Below, in pieces: positions 20,868-30,654 of a stretch of 33,229 nucleotides of DNA. This DNA is from Thraustochytrium aureum. Taxonomy: Eukaryota. The stretch is from assembly GCA_012862495.1 (NCBI GenBank), contig BLSG01000105.1:31379-64607 (forward strand), written 5' to 3'. Under the pieces are notes generated by a model that did no database searches, was not told the DNA's origin, and saw only the letters and a list, made by a program, of their open reading frames with translations. Every line of letters starts with the position of its first letter. Position 1 is the stretch's first letter. The translations under genes and the position numbers were made by a program.

Positions 20868-21162
20868 GTAAGGCCCCTTTCAAAAATGTGATCTTGCGGG
20901 TTGCCGAGAGCGTGCTCGCTCGCGCGGCCTTGCAACACTCTAGCTCTCTAGAGAGTAGAGTGGTTCTGGTCCGAGGAGGAAAGTAAATTGTATCGCGGAT
21001 ATCCTATTTCGGTAGTCGCGCGGCGTCCGTCCTCCGGCAGGGGCGAGCGAGCTCCACTTCCAACGTCCAGCCGCTACTCTTCAACTTGCTCCAGCGCTCT
21101 CAACAGCTCTAGAGCTAGTAGAGCTCTTCCAGGGAAAGAGCGAGCGAGAGAGCGACAGGCGG

Positions 21163-21868
21163 CTAGGACACGGCGCAAGTGTTTTGTTCTGCGTCAGCGG
21201 ATTCGAGGGCCTCCAGGCCGCGCCTCACGTCTTCCTCAGCTTGCTCAGCGGACTCGCGCGCGTGGTCGAGTCCGTCCCGGCCCTTGGCTATTTCATCGGC
21301 GTGTAGGGACAAAATCTCGCGCACTTGATCAACATCTCCCTGGACCCTCCCAAGGTCTGCCTCGCTGTCCGCGCCGTTGACCGCGTCGTCCGCCGCAAGA
21401 CACGTTTCAAGTTCCTGGCCCTCNNNNNNNNNNNNNNNNNNNNNNNNNNNNNNNNNNNNNNNNNNNNNNNNNNNNNNNNNNNNNNNNNNNNNNNNNNNNN
21501 NNNNNNNNNNNNNNNNNNNNNNNNNNNNNNNNNNNNNNNNNNNNNNNNNNNNNNNNNNNNNNNNNNNNNNNNNNNNNNNNNNNNNNNNNNNNNNNNNNNN
21601 NNNNNNNNNNNNNNNNNNNNNNNNNNNNNNNNNNNNNNNNNNNNNNNNNNNNNNNNNNNNNNNNNNNNNNNNNNNNNNNNNNNNNNNNNNNNNNNNNNNN
21701 NCTCTGCAAATCGCGTCCTGTGGCAGGGTGCCTTAGGGCAACGCTAGTCTTGGCCGAGACGCGCCCCTCTTCGGCGAGCTCGGCGAGCTCCTCGACCAGC
21801 TCCACGACACAGCCTCGGTCGTCCTTGGCGTCGTCTGAGCCGGCGCTACATGCGGCGTCCTGAGCCAT
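21163..21868 (-). CDS. Small protein with a degenerate syntaxin (Qa)-like SNARE motif and a C-terminal CaaX box; middle lies in a gap
   Basis: ATG at 21868 (MAQDAACSAGSDD...). After the gap, 21423-21163 reads EGQELETCLAADDAVNGADSEADLGRVQGDVDQVREILSLHADEIAKGRDGLDHARESAEQAEEDVRRGLEALESADAEQNTCAVS*. This frame is absent from the ORF track. Confidence 0.6.
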
Positions 21869-22358
21869 CGCGACGCGCGGCAGAACGGCGGCGGCGCCCG
21901 CGGCGACGTGGCGCCTGTCTAGCCAGCCCAATCCGCCGTGTTGCGGCGCGCTAGCCTGGGACCTCGCGCGCGCGGGGGCGCGCGGCGCGCAGATAGGACG
22001 CCGCGGTGCCAACCGCCTGCTCGCGCCCGCTCACTCGGTCGCCTTGCGTGCGCCGCTGGCGGGATTGGGCGCTGCAGGGCGCCGATCTCGGCGAGACTCG
22101 AAGCGCCAAACTCGATCCCTGCAGCAAGATTCCACCTCACCGGTCGCGGAGACGGCCGAGCTGCGCCACGGGGCGGCAGATAGGCAGGCGGGCAGGCAGG
22201 GGGGGGGCGCCACCGGGCCGCGAGCTCGTCGAGGACCAAGCGCCGGCAAGCAGCCAGTCTCGGGAAACTTCCGAGCTCCAGGCTCGGCTGTCGTCGCGAC
22301 ACGCACGCACGCACCCACGCACGCTTTCAAGGGCGGTGCCGCGCGCTGCAGAGACACG

Positions 22359-22527
22359 ATGAATCGGCTGGCGCTCCCGATCGTGGACCTCGCTGCGGCC
22401 GAGCCGGTCGTCGTCGAGGCGCTCAAACGGGCCGCGAGCGGGAACGGGTTTTTCTACTTGGCCAACTACGGCGTCCCGCGCGAGAGCAGCGCGGCTGCGT
22501 TCGCGGCTCTCGAGCGCTGGTTTGCCT
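22359..22527 (+). CDS. 2-oxoglutarate/Fe(II)-dependent dioxygenase, IPNS-like family (DIOX_N domain); 5' fragment, remainder in gap
   Basis: MNRLALPIVDL...ALKRAASGNGFFYLANYGVP...AFAALERWFA is the classic DIOX_N signature (LPIVDL / GFFY..NHGV / FF). The 911-nt gap could hold the rest of a ~330-aa enzyme. Confidence 0.85.
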
Positions 22528-23943
22528 NNNNNNNNNNNNNNNNNNNNNNNNNNNNNNNNNNNNNNNNNNNNNNNNNNNNNNNNNNNNNNNNNNNNNNNNN
22601 NNNNNNNNNNNNNNNNNNNNNNNNNNNNNNNNNNNNNNNNNNNNNNNNNNNNNNNNNNNNNNNNNNNNNNNNNNNNNNNNNNNNNNNNNNNNNNNNNNNN
22701 NNNNNNNNNNNNNNNNNNNNNNNNNNNNNNNNNNNNNNNNNNNNNNNNNNNNNNNNNNNNNNNNNNNNNNNNNNNNNNNNNNNNNNNNNNNNNNNNNNNN
22801 NNNNNNNNNNNNNNNNNNNNNNNNNNNNNNNNNNNNNNNNNNNNNNNNNNNNNNNNNNNNNNNNNNNNNNNNNNNNNNNNNNNNNNNNNNNNNNNNNNNN
22901 NNNNNNNNNNNNNNNNNNNNNNNNNNNNNNNNNNNNNNNNNNNNNNNNNNNNNNNNNNNNNNNNNNNNNNNNNNNNNNNNNNNNNNNNNNNNNNNNNNNN
23001 NNNNNNNNNNNNNNNNNNNNNNNNNNNNNNNNNNNNNNNNNNNNNNNNNNNNNNNNNNNNNNNNNNNNNNNNNNNNNNNNNNNNNNNNNNNNNNNNNNNN
23101 NNNNNNNNNNNNNNNNNNNNNNNNNNNNNNNNNNNNNNNNNNNNNNNNNNNNNNNNNNNNNNNNNNNNNNNNNNNNNNNNNNNNNNNNNNNNNNNNNNNN
23201 NNNNNNNNNNNNNNNNNNNNNNNNNNNNNNNNNNNNNNNNNNNNNNNNNNNNNNNNNNNNNNNNNNNNNNNNNNNNNNNNNNNNNNNNNNNNNNNNNNNN
23301 NNNNNNNNNNNNNNNNNNNNNNNNNNNNNNNNNNNNNNNNNNNNNNNNNNNNNNNNNNNNNNNNNNNNNNNNNNNNNNNNNNNNNNNNNNNNNNNNNNNN
23401 NNNNNNNNNNNNNNNNNNNNNNNNNNNNNNNNNNNNNNCGCCGGGAGGTGCGACGGAAGTCGGCCCTCGTCCATGCGTCAGCGCCGGAAGCAGACCGCAA
23501 GCAGCGCCGCCCAAGCCACGCGGCCTCCTGCGCACCAAACGACACCACGGAGAATCACATCACATGTCACATCGTCCATCCACATCCATCACCCCGCCGT
23601 TTGCGCGTTACGTCGCTTGCAGGCCTGAAAGCGCCGACCGGGCCGCGACCTCCTCACTCCTTCGGCATTCTCGGGAGATCACCGCCTGCGATGCCTGGTG
23701 TCTGGAAAACCCTATAATATCCGAGAAACCCTATGAAATTGTTTTATAGGGGTACGCATAAGAAAGCATACCGGAAGTGAGCAGAGCGAGGACAGTGCAG
23801 AGCCGCAGCGCAGGGCGACCGCGGTCGCAGGCGCTCGCGGCGGGCTCGCCTACAGGTACTCTCTCACTCACTCACTCTGCCGTTCTACTGTACTTGGTCC
23901 CTTGGTTGCGCTTGGCGTGCGGTGTTCTCGCGTTTGGCTCCGC

Positions 23944-25670
23944 ATGGCGGCGCTCGACGAGGATGGCCATGTTGGGGCCGCCCACGTGCCGCTGCTCGAG
24001 GCGCGAGACGCGGCCCCGGACAGTGGGTGCGCCGGCAAGCTCAGGCGCAGGCGGTGCGTCGCGGCCATGGCGTGCGGCGTGGCTGCGGCGTTGCTGATGG
24101 CTGTGGTGATGCCGATTGTGATAGAGGCGCAGGTGCAGGCGGGGATACGGGCTGACGTCGTGATTGACTCGGACAAGGCGGACGGGTTTGCGCAGTTCGA
24201 GGACCGCGGCAAGGACGGCAAGAACTACATGGAGTTTTACTTTTCAACATCACCAACCCGGTCGGCGTGCTGCAGGGCGAAAAGCCTGCGGTGGAGGAGC
24301 TCGGTCCGTTTGTGTACGACTCGTTCCAGGTCCGCGGCGACTTTGACTGGAACGCAGCGGAGGACACTCTCTCCTACCGGGAGCACTCGTCCTACACATT
24401 CAACGTTGAGGAGACGCTGGCGCGAACCGGGGGCCGCTTCGGGGCCGACGAAGTGCGCGTTACGACGCTCAACCTTTTGTTCTTCGGCATGGAAGCCCAG
24501 GTCGGCAAAGCGTACTGGCACCTGGCCTGTGATTACCTGCTCTGGAGAGACGACTTTGACCGACTCTTTGCGCGCCGCACTGTCCGCGAATACCTGGAGG
24601 GCTACGACGAGGAGATCAAGCTCCTCGGCGGGCTCCTCACAATCCCGATCGCATTCCCTGGCCTGTACCCGAACCCGACGCGAGACGAGGACCCGAACTG
24701 GACCACCAAGACCACGATGCGAGTCGGGGCGCACGACAGCTCGCGTGCGTATGAGATCACAAAGTGGCGCGGCATGGACCACGTGAGCATCACGTGTCCG
24801 TGGGGCGCCAACCCGCTCCCTGGTGGCAAATTTTGCCCGCACCACTTTCCGTGCTGCCGGACAAGCTCGATACTGCACCCAGGGGTTGTTGACCCGCCAG
24901 TGCCCGTTTGGGGCACCGCGCGAAACGATTCGGTCTGGGACGCGGACGCCAACTGGGTCCACGGGCACAATGGCGAGCAGTTCTCGCCGGGGCTCGAAAA
25001 GGGCCAGGAGCTGATCATCTTCAACGATATCATCTGGCGCGCGCTTCGGTTTCGCAACTACGACGACCAGGTGGTCACGTTCAAGGGCATCGATATGCTG
25101 CGGTTCACGCCGGACCACACCACGTTTATGAACGCCACGGCGCATCCTGCCAACGCGCGGTACTACCTGTTTGGGCCTCACGGCATCATGGGCAACCTCT
25201 CCATGATCGAGCAGGGCTGCGAGCTCTATGCGACGCTGCCGCACTTTCTCGGCGCAGACCCCGTGCTGCTGAACGGCGTCAAAGGGCTTGCGCCAGACCC
25301 AGCCAAGCACCAGATGCAGATCGACGTCGAGCCAATCCTCGGCCAGACGATGGTGGAGCACGTGCGTGCTCAGGTTAACGGCCAGCTCAGTCGTGGCGAG
25401 CGCTGGGGCTTCGACAACTGGTTTCCGCACGTCCGTGACAAGACGATCGTGCCGATCGCCTGGTTTGATATTGTCTCCGAGGTCTCGGACGACGGAGCGG
25501 ACGAGTTCAAGCAGATCTACACGGCGCGCGCCGCGCAGCGCGTCTTGAGAGTTGTCGGCAGCATTCTCGGGGTTGCGTGCGCCGCGCCGCTGCTCTACGC
25601 CGTGCAGCTGGTTGTGTCGGCTCGGCGGCGACGGGCAGGCTCGGCCGGCGACGCGGGCCTCGCCCCATGA
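23944..25670 (+). CDS. CD36/SCARB/LIMP-2 family scavenger receptor (lysosome membrane protein 2-like); apparent 1-nt frameshift at 24241-24244
   Basis: N-terminal TM (VAAMACGVAAALLMAVVMPIVI). Adding one T gives EFYFFNITNP, followed by LQGEKPAVEELGPFVY, RRTVREYLEGY, GHNGEQFSP, TLPHFLGAD, GLAPDPAKH, IDVEPILG, RAQVN and IVPIAWF, then a C-terminal TM. Confidence 0.92.
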
Positions 25671-26148
25671 ACCCTGATCGCGGACCGCGTGTCTTGCATG
25701 CTCTCGTAGCTGGAGTCGAGAGGCCTCGGGCGTTCGACCCCCGGAGCTTTTCTTTTGCGGGGCGCGGCCATAAGCCTGACGAGCTGGTCCGGCATCGCCG
25801 CAGCCCAAGCGCTCAGGAGCTTCGTTCATTTTTAATAATCAAAGGGGCCTGCAACCCCGTTCGTGTCTTGTTGGTCCCGTCCGGGGCACGAGAACGCCCG
25901 TTCACCCTTTCGCGCCCGAAGGCAGCAGGGTGCGCCCTTCGAGTTCGTCGCCAGGCCGCGGGCATCCATCCTGGGCAGCGCAGGTGGCTCAACGAGCTCA
26001 CCATCAACTGCTCTGCCTGCGGCTGGCCGGTATCTGATCCAAAGGATCGATCACCGCCCAAGACTGACCAAGCGGCTGGGGGCTTTCTCGCGTTCGCGTT
26101 GAAGGCCATCGTCGTCGTCGCAGGTCCAGGTCCAGATCCCGCGCGGCG

Positions 26149-26689
26149 ATGGGCACCGTGCTGTGGCGCTCGGACGAGCTGGACGAGCTCGAGGGCAGCG
26201 ATGGCGGCGCTAGCGTGGACAGCGAGGCGCGGCTCGTGCCGTGGCCGGCGTGGCCCGAGGCGGGCAGGGGCCACGGGGATGGGTCCAAGTCGTTCGAGGA
26301 GCAGCTCGCCGCGCTCAACCTCGCCGCGGAGCGCGACACGGCCAGGCGGCTGGCCGAGCTGGAAGACGAGCTGTACCGCGGCGTGGACCTAGACGCGCAC
26401 TCGGCGGCGGTGCCGGCGGAGGAGGGCGGGGAGGAGGGCGCGGGCGCCTGGGGCGGCCGCGACGCCTTCGCGAGGGACGGCGTGCCGCATACTGCCTCCA
26501 CGCCGGCGAACGCTCACGAGTGGGCCTCGGCCTACACCTACCTGCGCGTCGAGGGACGCGCCTGCAAGCTGCACGAGCAGACGGCCGGTGCTGTTTCTGG
26601 GACGGCTTCTGGCACCGAGCTGTTGGAGGCCGAACACGGCGAGGAGGTGCTCGCGGAGGACCAGGTCGGCCCCCAGACGACTGCGCAGG
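26149..26689 (+). CDS. FAM149 (DUF3719)-like protein, 5' part; 3' end in or after the gap
   Basis: RRLAELEDELYRG, HEWASAYTYLRVEGR and EEVLAED resemble the FAM149 blocks (EID..LFEG, EW...FPHLRILG, EEIIA.DG). Strong GC3 coding bias. Confidence 0.6.
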
Positions 26690-27172
26690 NNNNNNNNNNN
26701 NNNNNNNNNNNNNNNNNNNNNNNNNNNNNNNNNNNNNNNNNNNNNNNNNNNNNNNNNNNNNNNNNNNNNNNNNNNNNNNNNNNNNNNNNNNNNNNNNNNN
26801 NNNNNNNNNNNNNNNNNNNNNNNNNNNNNNNNNNNNNNNNNNNNNNNNNNNNNNNNNNNNNNNNNNNNNNNNNNNNNNNNNNNNNNNNNNNNNNNNNNNN
26901 NNNNNNNNNNNNNNNNNNNNNNNNNNNNNNNNNNNNNNNNNNNNNNNNNNNNNNNNNNNNNNNNTCCTCGCTTCCTGCGCGAGGCTCAGGCAACCTTGCG
27001 ATGACGGGTCGCGCCTCGTGCATTTTCGCTAAGCCGCGCGCGCGCCCAGCAGACCGCTGCATCCGCAGGCGGGGATGCGGCGCGTGGCGCGTTCCGAGCG
27101 GGCGATCGGCGTTGCAGGAGGTTGTGGTGTTTGGAACTCAAGAGCTACTACTGGTCGTGCATTGAAACGGTT

Positions 27173-28197
27173 CTACTGCGATTTGGGCTTGTCCCTGCGT
27201 CTCCTGCGCAGGCACCGTGCGCAGCGCCATGCCAAAAGGAGCGGCAACAGCAGCCCTAGCGGGTACAGAACAGCGACAGCAATTAAGAAGCTCCTGACGG
27301 TGCGCAAGTCGTCTGCGGTGTTGACCCTGGGAAAGGTCCTGCCCTCTGGAACAGGAACCTCGAGAAATGCGCACAAGGGCTCCCAGCCCTGCTTGACCGT
27401 GTACTCGAGCAGCCTTTGCTTCGGGATGGTCTGACGCACCTTGTCGATGTGCTCGGTGTAGCTGCGGCGGCAGGCGGCGGCGTCGCGGTGCTCCACCTCG
27501 TAAGCAAGGTGCACCCAGGGCAGGTACACGGGGGACCACTCCACCAGGTCTATCTGACAGCCGATGTCTCTACTGTACGCGTTGATAAGCTCCAGGAACG
27601 GCACGAACTTGCTGAGCGGAATGCCCAGCCCTGGCGCGAACGCGTCCTCCAAGATCTTGTAGCTCGTGAACCAGCGTTCGGCCGAGTCGCGGCTCGTCAA
27701 AACTACCTTGGCGTCCGGAAAGGCCTTGGCAAAGTCTTCAAAGGCCAGCGAGGAGGGAAAGTCGATCGCCGCGTCAAAGCCGCCCCCCAGGATCGCCTCA
27801 AGCCAGCGACGCGCCCCTGGGTCGCGCCCCTCAAAGTAGTCTATAGCAAGCTGCGAGTGACCGTTCGAGTTGACCTCGTCCATGTGGTACTACCGTTCGC
27901 AGCCCGTGGCGCGCAAGCGCAACCACGTCCGTCCGTCAGTCAGTCGCCAAGTCGCGCCTCCATGCTCGACCCTCACTCACTCACCACATTGAAGCCGAGC
28001 TCCTTCAGCGCGGCTTTGAGCGACTGCGTGCCGGTCCGAGCGTAGCCAGCACCGACCAGCCTGAGCGCTTTGGCGGCCTGACGCACGTGGGACTTTTGTC
28101 GCATCCCAGTCACTTCGAGAGCAAAGATAATCGGGTTGTACGCGCTCACGCCATTCTCGCGGCCCTTGGCGTCATCCGCGTCGCGCTCCTCGCCCAT
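27173..28197 (-). CDS. P-loop sulfotransferase-family protein (Sulfotransfer_4 type) with a C-terminal TM anchor; exons 28197-27985 and 27889-27173
   Basis: LRLVGAGYARTGTQSLKAALKELGFNV|YHMDEV, FDAAIDFP, FPDAKVVLTSRDSAERWFTS, IPKQRLLEYTVKQGWEPLCAFLEVPVP and FPRVN. Hydrophobic tail followed by a basic end. Confidence 0.9.
27890..27984 (-). other. Spliceosomal intron (95 nt, phase 0) in the sulfotransferase gene
   Basis: Donor GTG|GTGAGT, internal CTGAC branch-like motifs, acceptor GGTAG|TAC. Removal gives the family motif LGFNVYHM. Confidence 0.9.
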
Positions 28198-29133
28198 CGC
28201 CTGCTCCAACAGCAGCTCGGCCGAAGCAGCGACTGACTCCTGGTTCACGCACGATCTGCCAGCAGTCTCTGCAGCAAGCGTGGCGGGGGTAGAGTAGGCC
28301 AGCTGCCGCGCCGCGAGGAAACCACAGCGCGACGGAGCAACTCCTTGTGGCACCGACCGCTGGGTGGACAGAGCCAAGACGCACGGACACGGACCGTGCC
28401 GTGACTACCGCTGCTTCAAGTCAGCGCGGGGAACTGACAGCGCAGTGAACGGTCCGGTCCGGCAGCATCATCATCGCCGCCGCCACCATCAACACCGTCA
28501 GCGTCTTGGCCGCCACCACCATCAACGCCGCCAGCATCGCTATCAGCGTCAANNNNNNNNNNNNNNNNNNNNNNNNNNNNNNNNNNNNNNNNNNNNNNNN
28601 NNNNNNNNNNNNNNNNNNNNNNNNNNNNNNNNNNNNNNNNNNNNNNNNNNNNNNNNNNNNNNNNNNNNNNNNNNNNNNNNNNNNNNNNNNNNNNNNNNNN
28701 NNNNNNNNNNNNNNNNNNNNNNNNNNNNNNNNNNNNNNNNNNNNNNNNNNNNNNNNNNNNNNNNNNNNNNNNNNNNNNNNNNNNNNNNNNNNNNNNNNNN
28801 NNNNNNNNNNNNNNNNNNNNNNNNNNNNNNNNNNNNNNNNNNNNNNNNNNNNNNNNNNNNNNNNNNNNNNNNNNNNNNNNNNNNNNNNNNNNNNNNNNNN
28901 NNNNNNNNNNNNNNNNNNNNNNNNNNNNNNNNNNNNNNNNNNNNNNNNNNNNNNNNNNNNNNNNNNNNNNNNNNNNNNNNNNNNNNNNNNNNNNNNNNNN
29001 NNNNNNNNNNNNNNNNNNNNNNNNNNNNNNNNNNNNNNNNNNNNNNNNNNNNNNNNNNNNNNNNNNNNNNNNNNNNNNNNNNNNNNNNNNNNNNNNNNNN
29101 NNNNNNNNNNNNNNNNNNNNNNNNNNNNNNNNA

Positions 29134-29514
29134 GCCGAAGCCGCGGAGATCACCAAGGAGGGCGTCAAGCGCATCACCATCGACCCGCAGGCGCTGGGCC
29201 TGGCCAAGTGCGAGATCAAGGACCTGGAGGGCGGCGACCCAGCGCACAACGCGGCTGCCATCCGCCGCCTCTTTGGCGGCAAGGAGGCGGCGCAGGGCCC
29301 TGTGGCGGAGACGATCGCCCTCAATGCCGGCGCTGCCTTGTACGTGGCTGGGCTGGCGCCGTCGATTGCGGCAGGCTTGGGCATGGCGCTGGAAAAGTTG
29401 CAATCCGGCGATGTCTTGCCAGTGCTGGACAAGTTTGCAGCTGTATCCTCTCGCCTGAGCGACTCCCCTCCAGCGAAAAAACAAAGAATGATGACGAGGC
29501 TCGTGGCCTCATGA
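29134..29514 (+). CDS. trpD: Anthranilate phosphoribosyltransferase, C-terminal part (start in gap)
   Basis: ITIDPQALGLAKCEIKDLEGGDPAHNAAAIRRLFGG...ETIALNAGAALYVAGLAPSIAAGLGMALEKLQSG is the TrpD/TRP4 C-terminal signature. Confidence 0.92.
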   Translation, partial: AEAAEITKEGVKRITIDPQALGLAKCEIKDLEGGDPAHNAAAIRRLFGGKEAAQGPVAETIALNAGAALYVAGLAPSIAAGLGMALEKLQSGDVLPVLDKFAAVSSRLSDSPPAKKQRMMTRLVAS

Positions 29515-29560
29515 TGAATTCCCAACCGCCCGCGCCCGTCCTTGGATCTGCGTCCTGGTG

Positions 29561-29653
29561 ATCGAGGCTCCCGTTGGATCTGCCACGAGGCGCGAATCGA
29601 GGCTCCGCCACGAGGCGCGAATCGAGGCTCCCGTTGGATCTGCCACGAGGCGC
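29561..29653. repeat. 35-bp minisatellite (full, internally deleted 25-bp, near-full copy)
   Basis: ATCGAGGCTCCCGTTGGATCTGCCACGAGGCGCGA at 29561 and, minus its last two bases, at 29621. The middle copy at 29596-29620 lacks 10 nt. Confidence 0.92.
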
Positions 29654-30654
29654 TTCTTCGCGCCAACCGTGGCGAGACAACGGCCGCGCGAGTGGATCCG
29701 TCAGCCGTCGCCAGTTGCCGGAGTCCAGCGCGTGACACCGTATTACCAATTAATTACGGTACAGCTCGTGTATGTACGCGCCTTTGCAAAGGTCGGATCA
29801 TCCCGGTCAGGCCAGCAGCAGGCAAGCCCGCGCCCAAAAACCTCAGCTGGACACGAGCGGCGGCGTTGCTGGAGTTGCGAGTGGGTGCCCGACTCGTGTC
29901 GGAAGCACGCCACGGGGCCCTGCTGCAACTGCAAAGACGCCTCATGAGCAGGGCCGCTCGGGCGGCGCTTCGCGTTGCTTGCGCGAACGGCAGATCGCCG
30001 CATCCTCCAGGTCCATCGTCGAGCGGCAGCGCTCTGTCGTCGAGGCACAAAGTCCCCCAAACCGCAAAAACCGCGACCGCATTCTAGGCATAAAATATTG
30101 CCCGATCAAAAAGAACCGCGCAAACTCGTGCGAAATGCCCCTTCTGTGACGCAAACGTTGCGCAGGTGTGTGAGAGTGCGGCGAATCGTTCGCTCCTCAC
30201 GCGCCGATGTGAGGCGGGAGGCGAATTCCGTGCACGGGCACGTGCCGCGTCCGTTTCGCCTCACATCCGCGTCCCACCGCCCTCTCAGCAGCGCGCACAC
30301 CGCGAGGCGGTTGTGCATGTGAGGCGTCGCTGCTCGCGCTCACATGGAGAGGAGCACGGATTGTGAGGCGTCGCTCAATCTCGCAGAAAGTGGACTCAAG
30401 GACGACCGGAAGAGAAATTGCAGAGGGGTTAACTTGAGAGAAGCGCGCGCGAATCTGTTCATCCACCCATTCGCTGTCTCACAGACTTTCAACGAGAAGG
30501 CGAACGATGAGAGGAATCGCAGTTTCTCTCACCCTCCGTCCGTGCGCTTTTCTTGTTTTCCTTGAGGCGCGCGAACCTTCACAGAGTGGAGCCTGCCTGA
30601 GGAGGATTAATTTGTTTAATACACAAAAGTCAAGAAAACCGCTTTCTTGCCTCT

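Noticed and set aside
23439..23717. Post-gap continuation of the 2OG dioxygenase
   Set aside because: None of the three frames shows dioxygenase C-terminal motifs, so the stop is probably in the gap and I did not call the end.
25700..25755. tRNA-like T-loop (GTTCGACCCCC) followed by a T-run
   Set aside because: Only about 48 nt lie between the putative acceptor strands. There is no anticodon arm or proper D-arm, so no cloverleaf can be built.
24237..25829. 530-aa antisense ORF over the CD36 gene, and similar long antisense ORFs elsewhere
   Set aside because: Expected shadow ORFs of high-GC3 coding sequence, with no recognisable motifs.
28364..28552. His/Arg/Gln-rich or Ala/Thr-rich peptide before the trpD gap
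   Set aside because: Trinucleotide-like low-complexity sequence (CAT/CGC/CAC) without an ATG. It is probably leader/UTR between divergent genes and cannot be assigned as coding.
29561..29653. CRISPR-like repeat
   Set aside because: The units are directly adjacent with no unique spacers, no cas genes are present and the context is eukaryotic.
29700..30600. Short ORFs and a small hairpin (ACCGTA...TACGGT, 29737-29760) in the trpD downstream region
   Set aside because: No coding signature or recognisable ncRNA motif, and a 6-bp stem is expected by chance.
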